The notes beneath the pieces were generated by a model that was not told the origin of the DNA, searched no databases, and saw only the letters and a list, made by a program, of their open reading frames with translations. A DNA stretch of 64,000 nucleotides from Myxococcota bacterium (GTDB lineage Bacteria; Myxococcota_A; UBA796; UBA2385): positions 1-64,000 of the forward strand of contig JBIJDH010000002.1 of NCBI GenBank assembly GCA_044344255.1, given 5' to 3'. Position 1 is the stretch's first letter. Every line of letters starts with the position of its first letter. Positions 8,630-19,000 of this stretch are shown here, in pieces. The translations under genes and the position numbers were made by a program.

Positions 8630-8744
8630 CCCGAGCGAGTCGGTCGCCTCGGGGCGTCCGGAGAGTCAGATCCCGCTGTGGGCGCCTGTCGGTGCCCACC
8701 GCACGGAGGGGAGATATCGAAGGCCATCTCCTCGGGAGTCTCCG

Positions 8745-9209
8745 ATGTCCTGCCCCTCTTGCGCTGGCGCCCTCGAGGCCAACTCTACTGGCATGTACAA
8801 ACGGTGTGTCGCCTGCGGCGCGCTGTACATGTTCTACAACCAGCAGCTGTCGCCGCTCCAGCTCCCGCCGGGCACCGACATGGACCTCTTCGTGAAGGCC
8901 CAGGGCTTCCCGAGCCAGCCGAAGGTGTTGACCCCGATGGAGGCCACGCAGGCGGCCTTCAAGGCCAAGGCTCAGGAGAGGGTAGATGCCGGGGTGCGGG
9001 TCAAGATGGGGGGTGTCGCGGTTGACCTGAACAAGGACGGGGTCGGGCTCGACACCTCGCGGCTGCAGAAGGACATCGCCAAGAAGGTGTCGAGCACCGT
9101 CAGCGGCTGGATCTGGGGCTGCGTGGGCACGGTCGTGATCGGCGGCCTCATCTTTGTCGTGTTTGCCGGGATCCTCGGCTACGTTTGGTGGACGTGGAAC
9201 CACCGTTGA
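8745..9209 (+). CDS. Hypothetical Zn-ribbon protein with C-terminal transmembrane helix
   Basis: CPSC...CVAC at the N-terminus, a hydrophobic C-terminal helix, and RBS GGGAG. Confidence 0.7.
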   Translation: MSCPSCAGALEANSTGMYKRCVACGALYMFYNQQLSPLQLPPGTDMDLFVKAQGFPSQPKVLTPMEATQAAFKAKAQERVDAGVRVKMGGVAVDLNKDGVGLDTSRLQKDIAKKVSSTVSGWIWGCVGTVVIGGLIFVVFAGILGYVWWTWNHR

Positions 9210-12200
9210 CCGCGCGTAGGGCCTCCCCCGTCGCGGTGTCTTGGGCGGCGATGTGGTCGGGGGGCCCCTCGGCCACGAGCTGACCGCCCGCCGCCCCGCC
9301 GTCCGGGCCCAGCTCGATGACGTGGTCGGCGTTGCGGATGACGTCGAGGTGGTGCTCGATGACCAGCACGCTGTGGCCCGCGTCGACGAGGCGGTGGAGC
9401 ACGCCCACCAGCCGGTCGACGTCGGCGAGGTGCAGGCCCGTGGTGGGCTCATCGAGGAGGTAGAGCGTCTCTGTGCTCCGAGACATCAGCTCGCCCGCCA
9501 GCTTGACCCGCTGGGCCTCCCCGCCGGAGAGGGTCGTTCCGGGCTGACCGAGCCGGACGTAGCCGAGACCGACATCGGAGAGGGCCTGGAGCCGCTTCTT
9601 CAGGGCCCGGTGCGCGGAGAAGAGGCCGAGCGCCTCATCTACCGGCAGATCGAGCACGTCGGCGATCGACAGGCCCTTCCAGCGCACCTCGAGGGTCTCG
9701 GGGGAGAAGCGCCGCCCGCCGCAGGCCTCGCAGGTGACCTGCACGTCGGAGAGGAAGTGCATCTCGATCTGCACGGTGCCGCGGCCCTCGCAGGGGCGGC
9801 AGCGCCCCCCCTCGGTGCCGTTGAAGGTGAACCAGCTCGGCCCCCAGCCCCGCTCGCGGGCGCCCTGGGTCTCGGCGAAGAGGTCTCGAATCGGCCCGAG
9901 CAGCTCACAGTAGGTGGCCGGCGTGCTGCGCGGGCTGCGGCCGATCGGCTGCTGATCGACCACCACGAGGCGCAGGGGAGGCGGCTCCCCCTTCTTCACC
10001 TTTCGGCCTGCTGCTACCGAGAGGATCGGGGCGACGTGGTCCATGATCAAGGTCGACTTGCCAGACCCGGAGACCCCTGTGACCGCCGTGAGGCAGCCGA
10101 GCGGAAGGCGCGCGGTGACCCCCCTTAAGTTGTGGAGGGAGGACGCCGGGAGCTCCAGCCACGATCGCGGGCCGCGGCGGGCCACGGGGGCGCTGATTTG
10201 GATTCGGCCGGACAGATAGGCGCCCGTCAGGCCGGGCCCGACACAGAGCTCACCGGGCGTGCCCTGGTCCACCACCCGCCCGCCGTGCTCGCCGGCGCCC
10301 GGGCCCATGTCGATGACATGGTCGGCGGCGCGGATGACCTCGGGGTCGTGCTCGACGACGACGAGGGTGTTGCCGAGGTCGCGCAGGCCCCGCAGCGTGC
10401 CGAGCAGGCGAGCGGTGTCCCGGGGGTGGAGCCCGATGGTGGGCTCGTCGAGCACGTAGATGGTGCCGGTGAGGCGGGCGCCGAGCTGCGTCGCGAGCCG
10501 GATGCGCTGGGACTCGCCGCCGGAGAGGGTCTCGGCGGGGCGGTCGAGGCTGAGGTAGCCGAGGCCGACGTCGAGCAGGAAGCGGAGCTTTCCTCGCAGC
10601 TCGTCCAAGGCCTGCTCGGCGATGGCAGCGTCGTTCGGGCTGAGGCGAAGCTCCGTCCAGAAGGTGAGCGCGGCTTCGACGGTCAGCGCGCACGCAGCGG
10701 CGATGTTGAGCCCCCTCGGCCCCTGCGCGGAGGGCGCGTCGCCGATGGTGACCGCCAGCGGCTCCGGGCGGAGGCGAGCGCCGCCGCAGGCCGAGCAGGG
10801 CGACTCCCCGCGGAGCCACCCGCTGGCGGCCTCCCAGCCTTCGATGATGGCGAGGATGCCCTGCCAGTCTTGCTCCTCCTCGACCTTGGTGACGGTGCGC
10901 CCCCAGCGTCGCACGTAGCGGAGCTTGAGCTTGCCCTCGACCCCGTAGAGCATCGCCTGCCGCAGAGCGGGGCTCCAGTCTTTGACCGGCGTCTCGGCGG
11001 GGGTGCCGGTCTGCTCGAACACCGCCTCGATGAGGTGACGGTTGCGGGGGGCCCGGTAGAGGGTCGCGCCGACACGACCGTCGAGGGCGAGCTCCAGGCG
11101 CTTGTGCGGCTCGGGGAGGAGGAGCTCGAGGTCGATCTCCGCTCGACGACCGAGGCCGGCGCAGGCGGGGCAGGCTCCCTGATGGTGGTTGAACGAGAAG
11201 TGGCGCGGGTTGAGCTCGTCTTGGAGCACGCGCCCGTGCTGCGGGCACTCGGCGGCGCGGGCGAAGGGGAGCTCCTCGCCGCCCTGGCGGAGGCGGAACC
11301 GGCAGCGGTCGCGGCCCCAGCCGTAGGCTGCGCCGATCGCCTCGGCGAGGCGCTCGAGGCCGGCCCGCTCGGGGTCGAGGCGGTCGATGACCAGGGCGTG
11401 CCCGTCGAGGACCGCCTCCTCTCCCTCCTCGGCGATGAGCGCGTCGAGCTCGACCTCGGTCGCCGCGCGGGTGCTCCAGGCGCGAGAGAAGCCCTCGCGG
11501 CGAAGATCAGCCACGCGGCTGCCTTCGGGGAGCTCGGCCAGCACCCAGCCCGGGCCGGGGGCGCGGGCGACGAGCGCGCGGGCGGCGTGGCTGGGCGACC
11601 AGGCCACGATGGGGCGGGCGCAGCGCGGGCAATGCGGCTGGCCGACGCGGGCGTAGAGCAGCCGGAGGGTGTCGTAGGCCTCGGTGACGGTGGCGACCGT
11701 GGAGCGGGGGTTCGCGCCGCGGCTGCGCTGGTCGATGGCGATGGCGGGGGCGAGGCCCTCGGCGCGGTCGAGGGACGCCCGGTCGAGGCGCCCGAGGAAC
11801 CGGCGCGCGTAGGTGGAGAGGCTCTCGACGTAGCGCCGCTGACCCTCGGCGAAGAGGGTGTCGAAGGCGAGCGAGGTCTTGCCGCTGCCGGATGGGCCGG
11901 TAATCACCGTCATCTTTCCCTGGGGCAGGTCGACGTCGATGTTCTTCAGGTTGTGGGTGCGGACACCGCGGAGGCGGATGAAACGAGGGTCCGAGGGGGC
12001 TGCGGGCGAGGCCGCGGTCTCCCAGCGCGGGGAGGCGGACTCGGCCAGCCAGAGGGGCGCCATCGCCGCGTCTTCGGCCAGGACCGCGCGCAGCACTCGA
12101 CCGGTAGGGCTGTCCTCCAGCGCGAGGCGCTCCGGGGTGCCGACGGCGAGGATGAGCCCGCCGCCGACCCCGCCCTCTGGGCCGAGGTCGATGAGGTGAT

Positions 12201-14976
12201 CGGCCACCTTGATGACGTCGGTGTTGTGCTCGATGACGAGGACGGTGTTGCCCGCCTCCACGAGGCGCTGCATCGCCACGAGGAGGCGGCGCACGTCGGC
12301 CATGTGCAGGCCGGTGGTGGGCTCGTCGAGGATGTAGAGGGTGCGGCCCGTCGCCGGTCGGGCGAGCTCGGTGGCAAGCTTGATGCGCTGCGCCTCCCCT
12401 CCCGACAGGGTGGTGGAGGGCTGGCCGAGCGAGACGTAGCCGAGACCCACGTCGACGAGGGTCTGCATCACGCGGCGGATTCGTCGGTGGTGCTGGAAGA
12501 AGACCGCGGCCTCGGCGATGGTCATCTCCAGCACCTCGGTGATGGTGTGGCCGCGGTAGCGGAGCTCGAGGGTCTCGGGGTTGAAGCGCCTTCCGTCGCA
12601 GGACTCGCAGGGCACCTCGACGTCGGCCAGGAACTGCATCTCCACGGTCTTGACACCAGCCCCCTCGCACTCCTCACAGCGGCCCCCCGCGACGTTGAAG
12701 GAGAAGCGCCCCTTCTTGTAGCCGCGGGCCCGCGCCTCGGGCAGATCGGCGAAGAGGTCCCGGATGGGGTCGAAGGCGCCGGTGTAGGTGACCGGGTTGG
12801 AGCGCGGGGTGCGGCCAATCGGCGCCTGGTCGATCTGCACGACCTTGTCGAGCTCCTCGATCCCGTCGATGCCGGTGTGGGGCCCCGGCTCGACGGTGGA
12901 GCCGTGCAAGCGCTGGGCGAGGGCCTTGTAGAGCGTGTGCTCGACCAAGCTGCTCTTGCCGCTGCCGCTGACGCCGGTGAAGACCGTGAGGGTGCCGAGC
13001 GGGATCTCGACGTCGACGCCGCGCAGGTTGTTCGCGGTGGCCCCGCGCAGGCGGAGCCGCTTGCCGGTGCCGGGCCGGCGATGGGCGGGCGTGTCAATGC
13101 GCTCCTCCCCGCGGAGGAAGCGGGCGGTGAGGGCGGAGGACGCGAGAAATTCCGCGCGCGGCCCCGCCGCCACCAGCTCGCCGCCCTCGCGGCCGGCGCC
13201 GGGGCCGATCTCGACGAGGTAGTCGGCGCGGGCCATCGTGGCGGCGTCATGTTCAACCACGAGCACTGAATTGCCCTGGTCGCGCAGGCGGAGGAGGGCG
13301 TCGAGCAGGCGCTCCTGATCGCGGGGGTGGAGGCCGATGCTCGGCTCGTCGAGCACATAGGTGACCCCCTGTAGGGCGGCCCCCACCTGGCTGGCGAGTC
13401 GAATGCGCTGCCCCTCGCCGCCGGAGAGGGTCGCGGCGGGGCGGTCGAGGGTGAGGTAGCCGAGGCCCACGGCGTCGAGGAAGCGGAGGCGGCCCAAGAG
13501 CTCGCTGAGGATGGGCTTCCCGACGGCCTCTTCATTGCCCTTCAGGCGCACTTCGCCAAAGAAGCGCAGGGCCTCGGTGACCGAGAGGTGGCTGAGCGCG
13601 GCGATGCCCTGTCCCCGAAAGTCGACCGCGAGGGCGACCGGGTTCAGTCGGTGCCCCGCGCAGGCGGGGCAGCTCAGGCGGCGTCGATAGGCCGCGAGCC
13701 GCGGGAGGTGGGTGAACTCCCAGATGTGCTGGAGGATCGGGAGGAAGCCGGCCCAGGTCTGGTGGGTGGTCGTGCTCCCCGCCTCCCGCTCCTTGGTGAC
13801 GGCGTATCGGACCTCCGCCCCGCCGAGCAGGCCTGCCGTCTGTTCGGCGCTGAGCCTCGACCACGGCGTGCCGGGGGCGATCTTCAGCCGCTTGCCGACC
13901 TCCGCCACCACCTCTCGAGACACCGAGGAGAAGGGCAGGCGCTCCTCCTCGCGCAGCAGCCGGAGGGCGGTCTCGAAGGAGGCATCGGGGTCGATCAGCA
14001 ACGAGAGGTCGAAGTCTTCGAGGAAGCCGATGCCCTGGCACCGCAGGCACATCCCCTGCGGGGCGTTGAACGAGAAGAGGCGGGGCTCGACCTCGGGGAT
14101 TGAGATGCCGTGCTCGGGGCAGCTCCGATCGAGGGCGAAGAGGCGATGCTCGGCCGTCGGGCGCTCGGCTGCGTCGGGGGCGTCGGGCTCGACGAGCAGG
14201 CTGACGGTGGAGCCGGTGAGCCGGTGAGCCCGCTCGATGGCCTCGACGAGGCGTGGGCGGTCGTCCGGGCGAGCGCGCAGCCGATCGACGACGAGCTCGA
14301 TGGTGTGCTTCTCGTAGCGCGCGAGGGTGATGGGCTCCTCGAGGCTGCGCAGCTCTCCGTCGATGCGGGCCCTCAGCCAGCCGTTGGCGAGGGCCTCCGC
14401 CAGTTCCTTTCGGTATTCTCCCTTTCGATCCTGAATGATCGGCGCCATCACGTGCAGGCGGGCCATCGGCGCGTCGCGGAGCAGGCTGTCGGCGAGCTGA
14501 CCTGGGGTGGAGGTGGCGATGGGGCGGAGGCACTCGGGGCAGCGGGCGGCGCCGAGGCGGGCCATCAGGAGGCGGAGGTGGTCGAGGATCTCGGTGATGG
14601 TCCCCACGGTGGAGCGGGGGTTGCGGTTCACCGTCTTCTGGTCGATGCAGAGGGTGGGGGAGAGGCCGTCGACCCGCTCCACGCGCGGCTTCTCCATCTT
14701 GCCGAGGAACTGCCGGGCGTAGGCCGACAGCGACTCCATGAAGCGCCGTTGACCCTCCTGGTAGATGGTGTCAAAGGCGAGAGAGCTCTTGCCGGAGCCC
14801 GAGAGACCCGTGATCACCACGAGGCTGTCTCGTGGGAGGGCGAGGCTGAACCCCTTGAGGTTGTGCTCGCGGGCCCCGACCACCTCGATGTGACGCAAGG
14901 GGATGTGACGAAGGGGCGCTGGGCGAGCCGGAGCAGCGCCCGGCGAAGGGGCGCCGTCGGCGGGGGGGGCGGACAA
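9148..14976 (-). CDS. uvrA: Excinuclease ABC subunit A, double-length (tandemly fused) UvrA
   Basis: Two complete UvrA units: [16 protein letters not shown] starts, four Walker A motifs (GxSGSGKS/T), four LSGGE signatures, four DEP Walker B motifs, and Zn-finger CxxC pairs. Start codon TTG. Confidence 0.95.
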   Translation of the reverse strand: MSAPPADGAPSPGAAPARPAPLRHIPLRHIEVVGAREHNLKGFSLALPRDSLVVITGLSGSGKSSLAFDTIYQEGQRRFMESLSAYARQFLGKMEKPRVERVDGLSPTLCIDQKTVNRNPRSTVGTITEILDHLRLLMARLGAARCPECLRPIATSTPGQLADSLLRDAPMARLHVMAPIIQDRKGEYRKELAEALANGWLRARIDGELRSLEEPITLARYEKHTIELVVDRLRARPDDRPRLVEAIERAHRLTGSTVSLLVEPDAPDAAERPTAEHRLFALDRSCPEHGISIPEVEPRLFSFNAPQGMCLRCQGIGFLEDFDLSLLIDPDASFETALRLLREEERLPFSSVSREVVAEVGKRLKIAPGTPWSRLSAEQTAGLLGGAEVRYAVTKEREAGSTTTHQTWAGFLPILQHIWEFTHLPRLAAYRRRLSCPACAGHRLNPVALAVDFRGQGIAALSHLSVTEALRFFGEVRLKGNEEAVGKPILSELLGRLRFLDAVGLGYLTLDRPAATLSGGEGQRIRLASQVGAALQGVTYVLDEPSIGLHPRDQERLLDALLRLRDQGNSVLVVEHDAATMARADYLVEIGPGAGREGGELVAAGPRAEFLASSALTARFLRGEERIDTPAHRRPGTGKRLRLRGATANNLRGVDVEIPLGTLTVFTGVSGSGKSSLVEHTLYKALAQRLHGSTVEPGPHTGIDGIEELDKVVQIDQAPIGRTPRSNPVTYTGAFDPIRDLFADLPEARARGYKKGRFSFNVAGGRCEECEGAGVKTVEMQFLADVEVPCESCDGRRFNPETLELRYRGHTITEVLEMTIAEAAVFFQHHRRIRRVMQTLVDVGLGYVSLGQPSTTLSGGEAQRIKLATELARPATGRTLYILDEPTTGLHMADVRRLLVAMQRLVEAGNTVLVIEHNTDVIKVADHLIDLGPEGGVGGGLILAVGTPERLALEDSPTGRVLRAVLAEDAAMAPLWLAESASPRWETAASPAAPSDPRFIRLRGVRTHNLKNIDVDLPQGKMTVITGPSGSGKTSLAFDTLFAEGQRRYVESLSTYARRFLGRLDRASLDRAEGLAPAIAIDQRSRGANPRSTVATVTEAYDTLRLLYARVGQPHCPRCARPIVAWSPSHAARALVARAPGPGWVLAELPEGSRVADLRREGFSRAWSTRAATEVELDALIAEEGEEAVLDGHALVIDRLDPERAGLERLAEAIGAAYGWGRDRCRFRLRQGGEELPFARAAECPQHGRVLQDELNPRHFSFNHHQGACPACAGLGRRAEIDLELLLPEPHKRLELALDGRVGATLYRAPRNRHLIEAVFEQTGTPAETPVKDWSPALRQAMLYGVEGKLKLRYVRRWGRTVTKVEEEQDWQGILAIIEGWEAASGWLRGESPCSACGGARLRPEPLAVTIGDAPSAQGPRGLNIAAACALTVEAALTFWTELRLSPNDAAIAEQALDELRGKLRFLLDVGLGYLSLDRPAETLSGGESQRIRLATQLGARLTGTIYVLDEPTIGLHPRDTARLLGTLRGLRDLGNTLVVVEHDPEVIRAADHVIDMGPGAGEHGGRVVDQGTPGELCVGPGLTGAYLSGRIQISAPVARRGPRSWLELPASSLHNLRGVTARLPLGCLTAVTGVSGSGKSTLIMDHVAPILSVAAGRKVKKGEPPPLRLVVVDQQPIGRSPRSTPATYCELLGPIRDLFAETQGARERGWGPSWFTFNGTEGGRCRPCEGRGTVQIEMHFLSDVQVTCEACGGRRFSPETLEVRWKGLSIADVLDLPVDEALGLFSAHRALKKRLQALSDVGLGYVRLGQPGTTLSGGEAQRVKLAGELMSRSTETLYLLDEPTTGLHLADVDRLVGVLHRLVDAGHSVLVIEHHLDVIRNADHVIELGPDGGAAGGQLVAEGPPDHIAAQDTATGEALRAVNGGSTSTKRSRGSRQTRQR

Positions 14977-14985
14977 GGGGCGCTC

Positions 14986-15002
14986 CTGCTCAAGGGTTCA
15001 GC
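14986..15002. promoter_or_regulatory. Candidate Myxococcus-type LexA (SOS) box upstream of uvrA
   Basis: CTGCTCAAGGGTTCAGC matches 14/17 positions of the M. xanthus consensus CTRHAMRYBYGTTCAGS. It overlaps a GGGTTC-N4-GAACCC inverted repeat. Confidence 0.3.
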
Positions 15003-15094
15003 GGAACCCCTATCCAGTGTCCCCCTGCGCGATCAAGCCCCTCCACGCCCGGATGTGAGGTGACCTCCCGGAGGTGGTGGCGACTGCACCTCGT

Positions 15095-16015
15095 TCAACG
15101 CCCGGAAGAGAAGAGGAAGGGGTAGGTGACGACGATCGTGCCCACCCCCTTGGGCGGCGGGAAGCGGGTCGCTCGTACGGCCCCCACGAGGCACTCCTCA
15201 ACGACGGTGTTCCCAAGGGAGGAGGCTCGGATCTTTGCGTCCTTGATCGTGCCGTCCCGGTCGATCACGAAGGCCACCACCACCTTGCCGGCGAGGCTCG
15301 GGTCCCGCTGGAGCTCGCGCTGGTAGCAGCCCTGGTACTGGGCCATTCGGTTCTTGATGGTGCCGTCGATGTCCGACTTCTCGAGCGTCCCCCCCCCCTC
15401 TCCCTCGAAGCTCGGCTCGGCGGAGCTGGCCGCGGCCTCCGCGCCCTCTCGCGGTGCGTCCCCGGTGACGGATCGCGCCGGCGCCGAGCGTATCGCCAGC
15501 GCCTTGTCGCCAGAGCCGATGATCATCCGCGGCGGCCCCAGGCCAGCGTCCACCGCGACCTTGAAGTGACCCTCCCCCGGCGCGAGCTCTTTCAGAGGAA
15601 GCCGAGTCAAGCTCGGAGCCAGCGCGGCGTGGGCCATGACGTCGGGCCCGCGGGAGATGAGCACCCGACGCCCGTCGGCGACGCTGATGAAGAGCTCCTC
15701 CGGGCTCCCCTCGTAGGCGCGGGCCCGCTCGAAGCGGATGAGGTCGTCGAAGGGCACCTCCTCCGGCAGCAGGCCGCCCGGAGTGGGCCAGGTGAAGGTG
15801 GCCACCCGGCTCGCGGTGTCGAAGCGGGACTCGGTCGGCCAGGTCTGCTGAGACCAGTCGATCTTCCCCGAGGATGCTGAGGGGTCCGAGGACTCCTCGG
15901 CATCGTCGTCGATCGCGATGTCGGGGACGCCCTGCGCCCACGCGCCTTGCGCCGCCACGAGAGAGACCGACAGGAGAGACACCCACAGGAGAGGGACCCA
16001 CAGCCGCACCATCAT
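15095..16015 (-). CDS. Secreted protein with AgmX/PglI (TonB-C-like) C-terminal domain
   Basis: Signal peptide; C-terminal GCYQRELQRDPSLAGKVVVAFVIDRDG...CLVGAVRATRFPPPKG...VTYPFLF. Confidence 0.8.
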   Translation of the reverse strand: MMVRLWVPLLWVSLLSVSLVAAQGAWAQGVPDIAIDDDAEESSDPSASSGKIDWSQQTWPTESRFDTASRVATFTWPTPGGLLPEEVPFDDLIRFERARAYEGSPEELFISVADGRRVLISRGPDVMAHAALAPSLTRLPLKELAPGEGHFKVAVDAGLGPPRMIIGSGDKALAIRSAPARSVTGDAPREGAEAAASSAEPSFEGEGGGTLEKSDIDGTIKNRMAQYQGCYQRELQRDPSLAGKVVVAFVIDRDGTIKDAKIRASSLGNTVVEECLVGAVRATRFPPPKGVGTIVVTYPFLFSSGR

Positions 16016-16027
16016 GGAGCCCTCCCC

Positions 16028-19000
16028 CTATCGCCGCGCACGTTCATTCATGGAACCCCGCCGGTCTGGCGTCGTCTTCCCTCCCCCGCGGCGACGCAGC
16101 AGGGCGAGCGCGAAGGGGAGGAGGGCGGCGAGCGCGCCCGGGCTGCGCGGGGAGGCCGTACACCCACAGCCGGCCTTCTCGTCGTGCTGGTCATAGATGC
16201 TCGAGGAGCCGTCCGCGCCGTCGCTGGCCCCGACGTCACCTCCATCGGCGCCGTCGGCGCCGTCGGTTCCATCGGTGCCGTCGGTGCCGTCGGTGCCGTC
16301 GGTGCCGTCGGTGCCGTCGGTGCCGTCGGTGCCGTCGGTACCATCCGTGCCGCCGGTGTCGCCCGTGACCTCGTCTTCGCCGTCGCAGTCCTGGTCGATG
16401 CCGTCGTCGGCCACCTCCTCGGCCCCAGGCCAGGCATAGGCGTCCTGGTCGTCGCAGTCCCCGATCGGCAGGTCGGCGGTGCCCTCGCCCGCGTCCTGAC
16501 AGTCGGCGTCCTCCGAGTAGTACGAGGTCTCCATCCGGTAGCCGTCGCCGTCGGCGTCGGCGTAACACTCCTCGTGGCCGTCGCAGTCTTGATCGAGCTC
16601 GTCGCCGACCCCCTCTGTCGCCCCGGGATTCACGGCGCCGGCGCTGTCGTCACAGTCCTCGCAGGCGAGGTAACCGTCAGCATCGGCGTCGGCGTCTCCC
16701 ACGGAGCCGTCACAGTTGTAGTCATTCGGATCTTCACAGTCGATCTCGGGGGCGCCAGGGTGATAGGCCGCGCTCGTATCATCGCAGTCGCCGTCGGCGG
16801 TCGTGGCGAGGGCCTCGCCGCTGTCCAGGCAGTCCGTGTCGGTCGAGAGGACGGAGGTGTCGGTCCGGTAGCCGTCGTGGTCCCCGTCCTCGTAACAGAG
16901 CTCCCCGCCGTCGCAGTCGGCGTCGATCCCGTCGGCGACCACCTCTGGGGCGCCGGGGTGGATGTCGGCGTCGCTGTCGTCGCAGTCGTCGGCCGGGTCG
17001 GTGGCGAGGCCCTCGCCGCTGTCCGAGCAGTCGGGGTCGGAGGAGCTCACCTCCGCGCTGACGCGGTGGTCGTCGTCGTCTGCGTCAACGTAGCAGGTCT
17101 CGGCGCCGTCGCAGTTGGCGTCCACACCGTCACCGACGGTCTCGGCGGCCGAGGGGTAGACCGCGATGTCGGCGTCATCGCAGTCCTCACAGGCCGCGAA
17201 TCCGTCGCCGTCGCTGTCATCGAAGCCCGTGGAACCGTCACAGTTATAGTCGGCGGGGTCCGTACAGTCCGCCTCGCTGGCGCCGGGGTGGTAGGCGGAG
17301 CTGGTGTCGTCACAGTCGCCGGTCGGATCGGAGGCCAGCGCCTCTCCCGTGTCTGAGCAGTCGCTGTCCGAGGAGGCCAAGGTCGTGTCGACGCGGTAGC
17401 CGTCGTTGTCGGCGTCCACATAGCAGGTCTCCTTGCCGTCGCAGCTCTGATCCACCGCGTCGCCGACGGTCTCTGCCGCGCCCGGATAGACGGTGTTGTC
17501 GGCGTCGTCGCAGTCCCCAGAGGGGAGGCCCGACGTGCTCTCTCCGCTGTCGTTGCAGTCGAGGTCGGAGCTGGCCACGGTAGAGGTGAGGCGGTACCCG
17601 TCGCCGTCGGCGTTGACGTAGCAGGTCTCGGCGCCGTCGCAGTCCTGGTCGGTCCCGTCGCCGGCCACCTCGAGCGCCCCGGGGTGAACGCTGGGCTCCG
17701 CGTCGGCGCAGTCTCCTGCGGACTCCGTGAGGGCTGCCTCTCCGCTGTCGTCACAGTCGGTGTCCCGGGAGGAGACGGTGGTGGTCACCCGGTAGCCGTC
17801 GTTATCCTGATCGGCGTAACAGGTCTCGACGCCATCACAGTTCTGGTCGATCTCGTCGCCGGTGACCTCGATCTCACCGGGGCTGACGGTGGCGTCGGCG
17901 TCGTCGCAGTCGCCGGTGGGGTCACCCGCGAAGGCCTCTCCGATGTCGGCGCAGTCCGTGTCGGCCGAGGTGATCACGGTGGACAGCCGGTACCCGTCGT
18001 CGTCCACGTCGGCGTAACAGAGCTCCGTCCCGTCACAGTCCGCATCGACGCTGTCGCCCGTGACCTCGACGGCGCCGGGGTGAACGTCAGGCCGGGTGTC
18101 GTCACAGTCCTCACAGGCGGCGAAGCCGTCACCGTCCGTGTCCACGAAGGCCGTTGAACCATCACAGTTGTAGTCTGCCGGATCGGCGCAGTCGGACTCG
18201 GTGGCAAAGGGGTGGTAGAGGTCGCTCGTGTCGTCGCAGTCGCCGGTGGGGTCCGAAGGGAGGGCCTCGCCAGGGTCGGCGCAGTCCACGTCTGCGGAGG
18301 AGACGAGCGTGTCGAGGCGATACCCGTCGTCGTCTTCGTCTGCGTAACAGAGCTCACCGCCGTCGCAGTCTTCGTCGATCCCGTCGCCCGCGATCTCGGC
18401 GGCGTCGGGGAAGATGGCGTCGTCGCTGTCGTCGCAGTCCCCGTCCGGCTCGATCGCCGCCGCCTCACCGGCGTCCGTGCAGTCTTCGTCAGCGGAGGTG
18501 AGGGTGCTGGACGTGCGGTAGCCGTCGATGTCGGCGTCTTGGTAGCAGAGCTCGGCGCCATCGCAGTCCTGATCCAGCTCATCGCCGACGAGCTCTGTGG
18601 CTCCGAGGTAGACGGTCGCCTGCGTGTCGTCACAGTCGCCGGTGGGGTCCGAAGACAGGGCCTCGCCGCTGTCGGCGCAGTCGGGGTCGGTCGAGATCTT
18701 GGTGCTGGTGAGCCGGTACCCGTCTCCGTCCTGGTCGACATAACAGAGCTCGTCGCCGTCGCAGTCCTGGTCGGTGCCGTCGCCAGTCACCTCGGCGGCC
18801 CCGGGGTGGACGGAAGAGGCGCGGTCGTCGCAGTCCCCGCCGGTCGCGCTCGCGGCGGCCTCTCCGGCGTCGGTGCAGTCGAGGTCGGAGGAGGGGAGGG
18901 TGGAGGTGTCGCTCCGATAACCGTCGGCGTCGGCGTCGGTGTAGCAGAGCTCCGCGCCGTCACAGGACTGGTCCTCGCCGTCCCCCACCACCTCGGCGGC

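Noticed and set aside
10132..13269. 1045-aa plus-strand ORF and other long ORFs antisense to real genes (e.g. 57189..59489, 60130..62178, 37763..39535)
   Set aside because: These are shadow ORFs expected from high GC3 codon bias. They mirror well-supported genes on the opposite strand and contain no motifs.
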